A stretch of DNA of 51,929 bases from Atractiella rhizophila (Eukaryota), in contig MU271362.1 of the NCBI GenBank assembly GCA_021432655.1, positions 1-51,929 of the forward strand. The letters are read 5' to 3'. Shown piece by piece: positions 1 to 13,769 of this stretch (position 1 is its first letter; every line of letters begins with the position of its first letter). Both the position numbers and the translations under genes were made by a program. Under the pieces are notes generated by a model. It was not told the origin of the DNA. It saw only the letters and a program-made list of their open reading frames with translations, and made no database searches.

Positions 1-2167
1 GGACCTCCACCTGCGTCGATGACGATGCCCACGATGACTATTCCGTGCGCGTCACTCAGTTGCGTTTTAAGATGGGAGAAGGGAGGACCCACTGAGACCG
101 ACGATGGTCACGACCTTGATGGAAGCGAACCAGAACTCGACTTCTCCATATCCCTGCACACATTTCGTCACTCTCCGCACTCTCCTCAGGTGGTGAGAGG
201 AAACTCACCCTTGCGCCGAAGAGGTTGATGCCAGTCAACAGGAAAAGTGTGAGTGTGATCCAAACCGCATTGGACACGCTGCTATTCCAGTACCGGATAA
301 GCTATTACCAACAGGCAACATCAGTCAATCATTCATCATACAAGCGAAAGGTGTGAAAGAGACTCACGACGGCCGCTGCTGCCAGTTCGGTTGGGAGCAG
401 AATAGCATATACCGCCCAATAGGCCTGGAAAGCGTCAGCCTTCTGATGCATGGGCAGATTAAAAAGTGAAAGCGCACCCAGCCCATAGCGAACGACAACG
501 CAGGATCCACAAATCTGCGACCTGTCCATTCATCCATCCATCAGTATCTCTTCTCCCCTACTACGGTGATCATGCGAAGGGGACGCACTGAGGGAAATGT
601 GTCCGCCAGCAAGGGGCAGATGAGCAACCATTTCTCCGAGCTGTCCATCACAATTTCACTTTTGGAACAGTACAAGGAGGCAGACGCACGCTGATGAGTA
701 CTGTCCAAGTGACACTCCCAAAAATGGAATAGGCGAGGAGGACGCCGAGCGGTCCGCCGTTCTTCACTGTACAACACATCACATCTCAGGTCGTGTGTGG
801 CTGGAGAGGAGGGGAAGGAGGGACGAACGTGAGTTTGCGGTTCCTGTCGCGCTCATCATGAGTTGGCTCTGCAGCCTACTGTAGTAGCAAGGAGGTGAGA
901 CGTACCAACGAATAAGCCGGTTCCAATTACTCCACCTTCATCCAAGTCAAGGAGTCAGTTTTCGTCGTGTTTTGACAGGAAAAGCAGGGAAAGTAAGAGA
1001 AAGAAGAGACACACCAATACTCAACATCGTGACATGACGATTCTTCAATCCCCTCCTCAACCCTGTACTCGTAGTCTTACTGACCTCCTCCACATTCCAC
1101 TCTTCCCTCCTGACCACTCCCTCCTCCTCGCTCTCCTCGCTCCCATCCCCATCGATGGTCTCGCCCTCCGTATTCCTCCTCGAAATCAACCCCTTCTCCT
1201 CCTCCTCCCTCCCATCCCTGAAAGCCCTAATGAACCCAGCCGCCTTCCCGAGGCCCAACTTCCTCGCCGCCCTCTTCACCGTCTTCCTGTGTCCACTGCC
1301 CTCAATCGCGCCACCCAACTCCCTCGAGCGCATAGCCGGCGTCGCAGCTCGGAGGGAAGGATCGTAAGACGAATACAGCGCCTCTCCCTCACCTCCCACA
1401 CTCATCCCACTGCTCCTCCTCCCCACTCCAACCGCACTATCCGTCTCAGCGTAGCTCCGAACCGGTCCGTCGCTCGACGCTCGAAAGACCATGTTTGCGC
1501 CGGAATGGTCGGGCGAGAGCTCGGAATACTCCCTCCTGAGCGGCGGCAGTTCGGGATAGCTCGCCTGGACGCGCAGATGGGGGACGTGCTGCTGTGGCGT
1601 GTTGGCGACATTCGACGGATTGTCGTATGTCGACCCGGGCGAGAAGGCGGGAGACGTGGCTGAATTCGGGTCGTAGTACTGAGCGGGGATGGGAGGCACG
1701 GGTGGGACGTCCCTTATGGAGGACTCGTACGAGGGAGTGGAGTAGTTGAACGCTCGTCCCCTCTCTGCGTCTCCGTTTCCCTGGGAGCTCGACGAGGCGG
1801 AGATCGAAGCGGAGTACGGCGACGAGTCGGCGGAAGGGATGTGCGTGCGAAAAGCGTGCAGGACGGAGCGGGACTCGTCCATGTCCTCTTCTATGTATGC
1901 CAAGCCGGGGGAGAAGGAGGAGTAGGCGGAGTGGGGGTTGGGCGAGAGGTGGGAGTGGGCGGAGGCGCTCGACAGCGAGCCCGAGTGGGCGTGGGAGGGG
2001 ACATAATGCGTGGGGTGTGGAGGGATCGAGGGAGAGAGCGAGTGTGCGGACGAGAGCGAGGGATGCGCGGAGGAGGGCAGGAAGGAGGGATGGTGCACTC
2101 CCGACGGGAAGGGGTTCGAGTAGGACGAGAACTGGGAGCGACGTGACGAGTGGTCGTCGTTGTCCAT
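1..2167 (-). CDS. Amino-acid permease (APC/YAT family), multi-exon, runs off the left edge of the window
   Basis: Exon 1 (2167-1015) ends LRRGLKNRHVTMLSIG. Manual GT-AG splicing continues GVIGTGLFVG / TANS / LKNGGPLGVLLAYSIFG / LGEMVAHLPLAGGH / LLPTELAAAAV / YGEVEFWFASIKV, which are classic YAT-family motifs. Confidence 0.93.
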
Positions 2168-3273
2168 CTGCTATTACGTCAGAGTGATTCGAGGGAGGGT
2201 GGGAGTGTATGATACGCAGAGGGAGAGGAGGAGGAGAGGAGATGGAAGCGATGGAGAGGAAAAGAGTGAAGAGGGGCGGAAAGAGGAACTGCAAGCGGTG
2301 AAACTCACAGCCTGCTCTCCGGTCGGCGATCGCCCGAACTCTATTTACCCCGCCCTTTCCAACTCCCCCGAACTCTCTAACTCTCTCGTAATCGTATTCG
2401 CCACGTATTCGTTCATGGAACCCACAACATCCCCAAACCCTGTCTATTGCGCGCAAACCGAGGACTTGGGCGTATCAGCTCGGCTTCTAGGCGAACATTC
2501 GTCTCCCCATTCATCATACAGTGGGTCACGTTCCTCCTGTCGTGACGTGCAGAGTGATAGCTGTCTCCTGTCTCGAAGGCCGAATAGTGTGAGCGTTATC
2601 ATGACTAACGCTCAACGATTAAAGTCGTCTCATCAGCTCGCATTAATGACCGACCAATATTTCGTGCAATGTCACAGGAAGAACAAATCAATATAAACTT
2701 GTTCTAAGGAGGTTCATTGGTCCAGTAGACTCGGAATAGCATGACATTAAAGGAAAGAGGATGGATCTGAGGATGTGAGCCCGTCGATAAAAGGATTCAT
2801 GCCGAGCGCGAGCACGCGCACCATAGGGTTGTAGTTCAATCTTGTTATTGTCGAGTTTCTCTTGTTGATGTATCATGAACATTCCTGACAGCTCGAGAGG
2901 CAAGACTCTTCTTCGTGCATTTTAGTTAGGCAATCGTGAATAGAACCGTGGAAGACTATTAGAGAAGACAGGCGAAGCAGAGCATTTTGACGTGATAACT
3001 TGTACAATTCCAATAACCTTTCTGTTCAAACCCAATCACGCTCAACATCCTGTGTGGTAAGCCAACTAGATTTTTTGTCAGGACTAGACCAGTCTTGGCC
3101 CCAACAGGCTGACGATGGGAAGACCTCCGTTGCCTGCAAAGCCAGTTTCTTTCTTCCAAGGAAGAAGAACACGCCTCCGGTTGGTGAAAAAGCTTAAGCC
3201 TCGACATTGACAACCAAGTGGTCGTCCGGCTTAGCGCTGACGACGAAAGAAAAACCAGCTGTCAATGGTTCGC

Positions 3274-3752
3274 CTACCATCGTATCAACTTCTGTTGTAG
3301 CTCTGTTCCTACAAGATGGCGAGTGATCTCACCTTCGAGTTCGAGCAACCAGCTTGCCTGGTTGGTATGAATTCCCTCCATTGGCATTGGCAGGGTTGCC
3401 CCATTGGGACCAGTACGCCATTTTTTGCGATATTCTCCGAACTTGTTGTTGAAGTCCCGAGGATAAGCAATCGTCATATCCGCCCGGTACAAGTTCTTCG
3501 ACTTGCTCCTATAGTGTTTGCATTGTTGGTCAAATGAAGCTTGGACAAGGACGATGGAAATCGCACACACCTTGGAGGAGGAAACATGGAATATATGAGT
3601 GTTGGACTTAGTCTGTCCTCAGAATGAAATGCAACCTTGAACAAGAGTTGGGTAATGTCGGGATACTGTGGGTCGGCGAAATCTAGCGAAAGAGAAAACC
3701 CTACGGCAAAGCAGCCCACTTCGCCGATGATGGCTAGATCTTGCTCATACAC
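3274..3752 (-). CDS. Possible exons of a hypothetical protein
   Basis: Overlapping minus-strand ORFs with protein-like composition and nearby splice-like sites; no recognisable domain. Confidence 0.25.
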
Positions 3753-5084
3753 CTGATTGGAAGCTCAATCAACACCAACACCGGCAACGTTGGCAACAGT
3801 GGAGAAGTTGTTGCTGACTTTGTTTATTTCCAGTCTCACGCCAGAGCTGTAAAAACCGTCACTCAGGTCATTAAAGTCGTTATCGATGATCGCTCACCCT
3901 GTTGATTCTCGCATCTCTCGGGTTTGTTTGGCAATAAGTGGTGGTGTAGCGGGTGTACTGGATCTTTGGTCTTTGGAATTGGCTTTGTGGTTGCAGCTTT
4001 GAAGTGAGCTGGATGGCACTGTGATGAAGATTTTAGGGAAGGTCGACCCTAGCTCCAACTTGAGTCCGTCTATTTATACAACTTTGGCAGGAAGAATGCT
4101 GAAGATTGTGAACGTACGTGAATCGAAAATACGCATTGAGAACATGTCATCAAGCCTCCGTCCCCAATATCAAAATATGTTGCAATGAACCAGCCCCAAG
4201 CTGTAACAGAGTCAAGCCTTCTCTTCTCAGTGTCTAGTGACAGAATCGTGCGCCTCCTCCTTTCGCGACTTGCGCACTTGCGCATTTAGTTTCCTTCAAG
4301 CACTTTCTGAACTCTGGCAAATCTTTTGCCACAGGGATCTCTCTGTTATAAACGCTTGTAAAGCTGCAAGTGCGACACTTATACTCATTGGTATCTCGCA
4401 CTTCACAGGTAATGTAGTTTCCTTACATACTAAATGCAACATACACTCATTGTTATCTCGCATTTCGCAGCGCTAATACATTTGTCATCTAGCGTCAAAG
4501 GGCAAAGGCCTGTGCTCTGTCCTCCGTCGCACGATCCAGATGTCGAATGAAGGAGAGTCGCTTTCTAACCCACTTCTAGAATTAGGGCTTTGTGTCGGGC
4601 TTGCCCCTACGCATGGAGAGTAGGTCTCTTGCCATCCGAGACCATCCCGGCAGCGAGGCAGTCGATTGTGAACCTTGTACAATTCGAAGATATGACCAAA
4701 GCAGGGAGTTGTGGCTGCTTCATGTAATGGTCGACTTCTTGCCTGGCTTCGAACTCCGCTTATCTTTTGGTGTCTGTGTGCAATTTCAATCAACAAGCGT
4801 CCATTGTAAGGAGAGAAAGACTCCTCATCCTTTGGCTTCTTGGACTGGCCAAGTGCAGTCCCATCCTCGTTGTTCCTCTTCGCAATATCCACTGAAGTCC
4901 TTGACCTTTTCCTAGCCCGAGAATGTCCAGTGTTGCCATGGTGGCGCGACGTCAACGGGGAGAAGATAGTGAGGATTTATATGCTGGCGGCAGACAGCAG
5001 CCATGGGGCTGAGGACTGTAAGCACATGCAGCTGAGAGTGATGTGAACAGCTTACTATTAGTGCCGTTCCCCCGAAAACGTGCA

Positions 5085-5261
5085 CATGGAATCGTGTATC
5101 GTATCGTAGTCGTAAAATCCACACGCTGGCGATTCGATACGCCTTGGGAGCCGGACTCGTATCGAATCGTAAGTTGTGGTCCTTTTTTGTCTTCGATCGA
5201 TACACGACTGGCCATCGGACCCGGCGTAGCTGGTACGATTCGACTCCGATAGCCATCCCTA
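5085..5261 (-). mobile_element. Orphan hAT-type transposon terminus with subterminal GTATCG/CGATAC repeats
   Basis: Ends CGATAGCCATCCCTA (reverse complement TAGGGATGGCTATCG, resembling the Ac-type TAGGGATG terminus). The same 15-mer ends at 21988. Several GTATCG/CGATAC motifs lie inside. Confidence 0.55.
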
Positions 5262-6399
5262 CAGAAAGCCAGAAAGCGGGATCGACGACGTCATTCATTC
5301 CAGTTTGTTGCTGTACACCTTCCTCCTTCCTCACCGCTCAGTCTCCCACGTCCTGAACCGCAACCTGTTCCGCTACAGCCGTTCCCTCCTCTGCTTCACA
5401 ACCCCACATTCCTCTTCACGCCCTCACCTCCTGATCTCAAACACTCTCCCCGCGCAAGCACGAACCACCCTTCGGCTCCTCACCGAGCCACCACCTCTCC
5501 AAACTTGCATTCCATCTCTGCCACTCCCTCTTTGCAGTTGCGTTCACATAATCCTGACGAACTATGATCCGACGTACTGCGGAGGTTCTCAACGCGCGTT
5601 CACAGTTGATCTACTCGCGTGGCATAAGAGCAAATCCCATGCCATCATTACCCGTTTTCCGTCTCTTTTCTCCTTCCGTTATCCAGATAGAGCAGCCGGA
5701 GCAGTCCCACATACAGGTTGGTTTAGAGAATGCGGCAGAGGGGAGTCAAACAAGATGGGTTGATCGTGGTGGGTTGCTGGGCGAAACGGAGGGAATAATT
5801 TGGTTTAAAGCAGTACGCAGAGGAGGGGTGAGCACTGTAGCGCGGGAGCAGTAGAGAGGGTCGCAAACACATGCACAACTGCCACCTCTCTGCTCTTCGG
5901 CCAGTGCGACATCACATAACCGCTCAACTGGTTTTCTGTTGGATTGGTACGAACAACCCCCTTCCGCTCAACTGTCCTGTCCCATGCTCCCTCCTTCCGC
6001 TTTTACATCTCGGCAGGAACACGTCGAGCGTCCATCTTTCAGCTTCGCCATTCACTTCCAACTTCCTTCGCCGGCTCGCTAGAACTATGTCGGGATATTC
6101 AGCGAAATGGGATGTTTGCTCATTTCTCATGTCCTTGTAGGGAGTCGTGGCGGGCAAGGTTACGGAATGGAGGAGGAGAATGGACGGGAAGCTGGCGTAG
6201 AGGGGGACATGGAGAGCTGATGTCGAGGAAATGGAAGATGAGAGGATGAGGATGATGATGGAAGAAGAAGGGCCTGGAGGAACAAAGCGTGTCCAGATGA
6301 GAAGTGGCATGGAAGAGAGCCGGTGCTGCTTATTTCGGAACGAGCGCTACTTAGCGAGGGTGATGAGATGAGACAGGATTGAGTGGCCTCTGGCTGCAC

Positions 6400-7566
6400 A
6401 GTCGGATGTGGAGATGGAACTGGAAAGATTAAGCAGATGGACTGTGTTGTGGGTTCTCTTTACTTACAACTCTTTCCTGTCTACGGCGCTGATTCCATGC
6501 GATACGATGGAGCAGGATGTTGCATTGTCGACGCTCTGCTGCCATATCCAAATGAAGACAACTCGCACTTTCTTGTCGGTTTTCACATCTGTCGTACAGC
6601 CAGAGTATCAAGAGACGAAACCGTGCATTGTATGCCTTCATTTCCTAAGACGAGTAGAGGCTGGACGACGGCAGCGATATTCAGACGGTCGACATGCTGA
6701 CCATCCGAAGGCCATTCGGACTGCTTCCTTTCAAGCCTGAATCCCTTTCGCCTGGGAGTGGAGGGGTTTGGGTAGTGTATCACCACTCGGTCACACCGAC
6801 ATTCTTACACCTGTCCATCCATCCTTCCGAACCGTCTGGAGATGGAGCGCTGGAGCGGAGTTGAGGGAGTGCGAGGATCCGTGAGAACGGAGACCCTACA
6901 GCTCGAGTGTCGAGACGGAGAGTGGATCGAACTTCTCATTGACGAGGGAATGGGAGGGAATGCAGGAACGGGGTATCCTCATTCTCAACTTATTCTGGGA
7001 TTCAATAGGCCCGTCGCAGGGAGATCTTCCTCGATTCTGCCTGCAGCATCACCCCTCGTCCCTCCGCGACTCACAAATCAAGAGTCATGGCAGTAAGCAG
7101 CTAGAGGTCTATACTGGGTTTTGTACAATGATATCGATAAAGGAGAGATGAAATCTGAGTGGACGGTCATTGGAGACTTCTTTTTTGAGAGGTGGATGGA
7201 AGAGGATTGCGTCGACGGGCTTTGGAAGGACGGTTCGAAAATGCCTATCACTTAGAAAACCTCAGTATATCAACCTCAGCCCTCGCTCTCATCCTATATC
7301 CTACCAAAAGGCAGCCGAGGCTGACGCGTTGCATGTTGTCAGAATGTATCATCGCTGTCGACTTCCTCGTCACCATTGGACTGCTCATCATCTACCGAGG
7401 CATCATCGATGGCCTCATGCCGTTTGCGAACAGGCTCAAGAGTACGTTCTCTTTCGTCCTTGGCAAGAATCTTAGGGGCGTAGCTGGTTGTTTCTCTCTC
7501 CCGGTTTTCGAGGTGAGAAACAGATACTTATTTCCTTTCGAATGGTCGCATCGCTTCCTGACTTGA
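6400..7566 (+). pseudogene. Degenerate paralogue of the F-box/LRR-like gene at 8657
   Basis: Fragments in several frames resemble the 8657 protein in the same order: MRYDGAG vs LQHYPGAG; SFPKTSRGW vs SFRTWGSRKW; LSGRSLETSFLRGG vs LSHLTRLNELILDGG; CIIAVDF vs CAVDSVDF. Many stops and frameshifts; boundaries approximate. Confidence 0.45.
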
Positions 7567-8656
7567 TGCGAGGAAGAAGATAAGCTTGGAGCCATCCCGA
7601 TCGAGCGGCGTCCTTCCTCCTCTCCTTCGACGAATGGCCGCCGTTGAGACAGCAGCAAAGCAATGCCTCACAATCTTGGACTATCTTCCGGCTCACTCGC
7701 TCAGGACCCAAGAAGATGGAAGTGCGCGAAGGCGAAAGATGACTGAGAGCCCACGCCTGGTCATGTAAGGCATTGTAGTTCGAAGGTGAATGAAGGATGA
7801 TGAGAGATGGAGGGGAGGATGACGAAAGTGACAAAGGATACTGAGTAGTTAGGGACACATAGCTGGAGGCGAACGGGAAGACAGAGAAACGAAGAGGGAG
7901 CAAGTTGCTGGATGTCATTTGTAAGTAATTCAAACTCCAAAATATCTTGGAAACACACTTCTCTCAAAACACAAACCAAGGCTGATATTCTCTCCTCAAG
8001 GCATACGGTTACCCTACCAAATGCCAGTCTCTCAACTCCGCATCTCTCATCTCGTCCTCTGCTTGGCCCACGAGGGAACGACAGCGGTATTCATCATCAT
8101 GTTCCTTTCATCGGCGACGAATTTTGAACTATGTTAACTGGTCATTGCAGCCTGGGAAAGGGGACAGAGGAGTATCAAACCAAGATGTTCACGACTGCGG
8201 GCACAGACTCTTTCAAACATCCACCTCTTGAATCACGGCATTCATTCACGGAGTTACTCTCTGTGGCCAACACCGTGACAGCCAGTCGTGGTCTTCCTGA
8301 AGTCCAAGTTTTCCGCCTTATGTAAACGCGCACGGCATACCTCTATCACCAGCAACGAACGATCCATCTATCCCCCTATTCTCCTTCATTCTCCCAAGAA
8401 CTTGCTCATCTCGGTAGTCTCGTAGGCTACAGTTTGGGATATCGGCTCATTTATATCGTGAAATTTTTGTTACAGTAATCAAGATGGGAAGGACGATGAA
8501 AAGGAAGATGAAAAGAACGACTTGGATGAGGAGGCTGACGATGAGGATGGTAAAGGCTTATGATGCTATTAAGGCACAATTTATTCTCCACCTTCAGCTT
8601 TCTTCTTCTCTTCTAATGTAGGTTATGGGGAGTAGTCTGCCTCGTCTTCTCAAAAG

Positions 8657-10100
8657 ATGACGGCGCTGGTCCATTTCATCACCCCTTTAGCCAGCTCCAA
8701 AAGGTTCGACCTCTCCATTCTACCATCTTTCCTATCTAGACTACCCGCGTCAGTTCACACACTCCGGATTTCGTTTATCTTGTCTCATTCATTGAACCGG
8801 GATTGGAAACCTGGAGTGATGTCCTCAAAATTGTGGAATTTATCACTTGAACGGGTCAAAATTGTGGTCAACAAGGATGGAGTAATCAACCTTTGCATTG
8901 CCATCAACGGTGAAAATGTCACAGTAACCTTTTTGAAGGTTGAAGGACATCTGTCGGCTGTCAAAAGAGATTTGCTATATAACGGACCGTACACTCGCAC
9001 GTTTCCTCTCCTTCGAGAGAATGCCATATTCACCCCCATGGCTTCATACTCCGAACACGAAGAACGCTTCATCCCCATTAGTGACGATGAATCATCATCC
9101 CTCCACACAGCAAGCATCATCCAACTCTCTGTCCCACCTCCAGACATTCTTCCACGCTCCATCTCATGCTTGCCTATGGAGCTCCTCTCTCTCATATTTA
9201 GTTTCTCCGACAATGCTTCCACCGTCTCTAGTGTGTCCATGCTCTGGAGACATGTTTCCGCTCCTTATTGGGACGAACCTGGTCTTGTGGTGGAAAAGCA
9301 TGAGCGGTTGCAGCACTATCCTGGCGCAGGACGACTGTGGGACAGACTGTTGCTTTACGAGAATATCAGTGTTGGGATGGCGCAAGAGGTCATCACAGGC
9401 TCGCCCAATGCCAGGGAAGTGGGGGTGTGTGCATTTTGGAATGATGAGGAGGTGAAGAGTGTGTTGGATGCAATCGAACGCTTGAAACGTGTGGATGACA
9501 TCAGCTTTAGAACTTGGGGTTCGAGAAAGTGGAGGAAGGAGGAGATTGAGAACTTTATGCAGAGGATGGGTGACAGGATCAGACGGCTCGAAGTTCTCGA
9601 CGTGGAGGACTCTCCCGCTGCAGCCTCAGAAGGCCTTCATCTGTCTTCTCGCCTTGAACACCTGGACCTCTACAAGTACCCACCTCTCCTATCACTCTCC
9701 CTCCCAAGCACCCTCAAGTGCCTCAAACTCTCCAATATTTGTCCACTCCCTTCCTCCATCTCAGAGTCCCTTCTGCCGCCTCTTCTGCACAACCTCACCC
9801 TCGTGCTTGCCCCCTGCTCCGTTACCGGAAGGACCTCCATCCTACCCACTCCGTTTGACCTATCACACCTTACACGCCTCAACGAGCTGATCCTGGACGG
9901 GGGTGAAGAAACGTCAAACGTCGTTTTCCGCAAGTTCTTCAGCACCATCAAAAATGCAAAGGCGATACGTGTGATAACACTCAAGTACTGTGCAGTGGAC
10001 TCGGTTGACTTCCCAGACTTCATCCACTGGTTCTTTGGGAATTGGCGGGTGAGGGGAGCTGAGAAGGGGAATTTGGTTGATGGAAAGGTCATAAGGTCGC

Positions 10101-10153
<53 letters not shown>

Positions 10154-10156
10154 TGA
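8657..10156 (+). CDS. F-box-like / leucine-rich-repeat-like protein
   Basis: 499-aa intronless ORF with F-box signature ISCLPMELLSLIFSF...VSSVSMLWRHVS followed by LxxLxL repeats (LEHLDL, LKCLKL, LHNLTL, LNELIL). C-terminus disturbed by a poly(A) run. Confidence 0.8.
10106..10151 (+). repeat. 46-nt poly(A) homopolymer inside the ORF
   Basis: Counted directly; translates as 15 Lys, then ATG TGA. Confidence 0.97.
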
Positions 10157-10949
10157 GGAGTACAATGAGGAAGTACAAGTACGAAAGCAGCGAGAAGTCG
10201 GGTGTCTGGGAGCCTGGGGACAAGTAGTCGTGAAGGTATAGTTGAGCTTGACGTCAGACTCCGAACTCATCACTCCCACTCTCAGTACCTGACCACTGGT
10301 TGTGGACCCTGTTCTCACGCCACACTATCATTTAGATTGCAAAATGATTTAGGATTTGGCCCAATACCAGTCATCAACTGCTGCATAGGGCAACAGAGAG
10401 TGGCACCTTGCCACAAATCCAAAATGAGGCATCATTCACACCGCTGGCATTATGGGTTAAAGGAATGAGGACCCTTGTCTTAGGATTGAGTCCAAAGGAT
10501 TAAAGGTAGTGCACATGTGAGGGATTTTAAACGTATGTAGTTCATAGAACAACCGTGATTGGATGGAAGGATGTCTGCTCCGCCTGTTGATGCTTGGGAT
10601 GGCTGGAGTTCCTTACTGTTACCTTACATCTGCATTGAAGAGTGAAGAATGGTGCATACATAGAACTTCGGACTAAGCCAATGCCGCTCTCCTCACTTAC
10701 AGGCAGGCTCTTTGCCTATTATATAATACCGTACAAGCCTCATCAAGCCTGCTGTGCCAAATTGGGCAAAGAAGACCCAAGTTGGAGATATAGCAAACTC
10801 TTCCCACATTGAGTCATAGTTTGATATGAGATCGCCAAAGTAAAGCTATAGAATTGAAATGGACGCATATAGTTGCAAGAGAGGACATTGCCTGTGCCTG
10901 CCAGTGTTTATGCGTGCATGACATTTTGACTGGATTATTATTCTTATCT

Positions 10950-11172
10950 GTGGCAGGGTTCTACTCTGGTCGACTAAGAGCCAATGCTGTTTTGTTGGAG
11001 GCAGGGTTGTACCCTGGGTATCTAGGAGGCAAGGATGTAGCCAGGATCCTGACAGAGGCAGGGTTGTGCCTGGGGCAGCAAGGAGGCAACGATTCAGCCT
11101 GGATCTTGTTCCTGACAGAGGCAGGGTTCAGCCAGGATCCTGTTCCTGACAGAGGCAGGGTTGAACCCTGGA
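10950..11172. repeat. Degenerate tandem repeat with core GGCAGGGTT, 5 copies
   Basis: GGCAGGGTT recurs near 10952, 11000, 11057, 11120 and 11153; the last three copies are preceded by CCTGACAGA. Confidence 0.8.
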
Positions 11173-12060
11173 GTACTCTTAGTAGCCTTGTTGGATGGGC
11201 AAGGATAGGTTATGTCTGTATGTATAAGACACATCCTAATCACTTATCCATTGAAATCCTCTCTTCATTAGACTGCTCTGGTTCATATTTAGCATATATC
11301 TCCAAGTAAACAGAGTACATTGAAAGTTACACAATTAATTTATAACAGTTAAGATATGTGATGTCTATGTGTTGTTAACTCTAAGTGCAATTTTGGCGAA
11401 ACTAGGCCAGGTTGATAGGTTATTAATAACAGTTGAAGAGAGGTCTGAGAACCAAAATTTCATAGAAACTGAGCCATGTAGCCGCTTAAGTGTGGTTATG
11501 GACATGGATGGATTGATACCCTGCTGAAGGTAGTGTATGCATTGGATGTATCCTTGAGCAATCAAGGGGCTGAATTGTGTAGAAACAATTTGATGTATAT
11601 ACAAACTTGAATGTATGACCAATGAATGATCAAGATGTTGGAGCCCTTGAAAATAGTAATACAATCAAAATAAAAACGTGTTAAGAACGATTTAACAAAT
11701 ATGACCTGTTACAGTGATTGTTTTGAATCATTATGATCCAAACAATAAGCAATAAGTAGACAATTAATAATGATTTACCGCCCATAAATAAGATCCTTGC
11801 TGAAAGATTTTGCATGAAGACAAGCACATATTACGCTATTCTAAAAGCCTTTGTTATTGTTACATCTACTAGTAAATGTAATATCAGTGAGAGTAATAAT
11901 ATAAAATATGCAATGGTGAGGCTCTGTCGAGGGAACATTTTATCACGTGAAGCATATAGAGCTAGATCATCTCAGTGGCAGTCATATATCATTCATATGT
12001 AAATTGCAAATATATGTGAACATTGTCTCCACATCCTCATCAGCTATCTTTGGTGGTAAC

Positions 12061-12167
12061 TGATTGACTGGGGAAATTTTCAGTGAAATTGCACTTTCCA
12101 CACAGCCTCTACACCTGTGTTGATAACCTATCGACTGGGGATGTTTTAAGAGCGAAATTGCACTTTC
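12061..12167. repeat. Short imperfect direct repeat, 2 x ~34 bp
   Basis: GACTGGGGA...GAAATTGCACTTTC at 12066-12098 and 12133-12167. Confidence 0.7.
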
Positions 12168-12483
12168 TTCACCATTTACTCCCTTTTTATATAATGTTTC
12201 TGATGCCCTTCTCCGTACTCTATATGTCGCCAATGAGCAGCATTCTTCTCAACGATCCTAAATCCCTTTCTATCACAAAGCCCCTGCTTCCCTTTCTGAC
12301 GTTCAGAATAGGTCATCCCCGAGGGCTTACCACACATCTGGCTTACCATACATTCGGTTTACCACCTTTGCATCTGTTTGTTGTTGTCCTATGCCCATAT
12401 CTGTGGTAACAGGGCACATCGTATCGAATAGATTGATTGCTCTTAGAACCGATCATCCCCACATGACATGCATTGTAACCTTG

Positions 12484-12972
12484 TGCTAGGGCAAACACGA
12501 TGTGCGGTCACTGATGGGCAATGCGTCTGTAGTGGAGGTAAACCTAAGAGATACTATAGCATGAGAAGACTGACCTGTAGTGGAGGTAAACCTAAGAGAA
12601 TACTCTGAGGTCACCACCACTACTACTCAATGTATATATACATATGTAAAGGCACTGCCATAAACTGTAACGTATGCTTCTTTGAAACATGTAAGGCAAC
12701 TAGTTCAGGAAAGCATTAAAGGGAATACTCGGAAATAAGAGATACTGAACAGTACTACAGAGAAAGGGTAGTAAGGCGAAAACGTAACGGTGCAGACCGG
12801 CGAAATGTATAAGGTTTGCTGAGCGGCGATTCATATGAGAAAGGGGAAATCGGCGAACAGCGCGGGTATGAGCAAAGCGGCGACGAGTAGGCATGTGCTC
12901 CCATGATGTGTTAAACTGGGTCACATGACTTCAGATGGTGCATTTCGGTAATACGTAGGGGCAAGCCCGACA
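12484..12972 (-). mobile_element. Solo LTR, subtype A, of the Ty3/Gypsy family
   Basis: TG...CA ends; reverse-complement similar to the LTR at 14899; perfect 5-bp TSD CCTTG at 12479-12483 and 12973-12977. Confidence 0.93.
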
Positions 12973-13769
12973 CCTTGATGCCCAAAAGTTATAAAAGACC
13001 CCTTGCCTGCACTTGTTCCCCAGACAGATTGTCATTCAAAGCGTTTATCCAGGACACCTCAAACACCTAAGCGTTAAACACCCCCTATTAACATATCAAA
13101 TCTAAGAAAACAATCAAACTGGCTTTAGTTACAGCTGCGTTTCATTGGCTTACAAGATCAACTCCTGCTCCCTGGCAACATCAAGTTGCGGCCATCCGCA
13201 TGAATAATATTGATCCATCCAGTGGGCCAGTCAAAAGTAGAACTCCTAGCCTTATAATGCCCCAGTGATCAACATGCTGACTCAGATATAGGGCAAGCTC
13301 GGTCTGGCACAGCTAAGAAAAGGATACCCCGTACACAGCCCCATCTTGAGGCATTCCGAGCAGGTGGCCATGTGATTAGCACTAGCCCTGACAATGATGG
13401 CTGATGAACCATCATTGCGCACCCACATCTACAGGCAAAGCTGGTGAGGGAGGCAAAGCTCACAAGCCTCACTCTGAACAAGCAGCCAAGGTTCAATGCC
13501 TACCCCATCTCTCCTGCATCAGCAGGACCAATGAAGTTGTAGAGACCAGTGGGTCTTCATCATATCAGTCTGGGTATGCTGAAATATGAAAAGTGACAAG
13601 CTAGCCCCCCAAAACACAATCGTCTTCACCCACTCCCCTTGAAGAGCTCCTGTCACTATTTGCCCACAATTTTGAAAGCAACTGGCAGGATGCCGTCCGA
13701 TCCTCCAAGTTCAAAAGTAGTTACTGGAACCAGTGGGAGAAACAAACTGCAAAAGAGCGCAAAAAGAAC

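Noticed and set aside
1034..2696. Several long overlapping ORFs
   Set aside because: Shadow frames of the GC-rich permease exon 1.
5924..6310. Possible additional F-box relic on the minus strand (SLIFHFL-like)
   Set aside because: Low-complexity purine/pyrimidine tract; motif incomplete.
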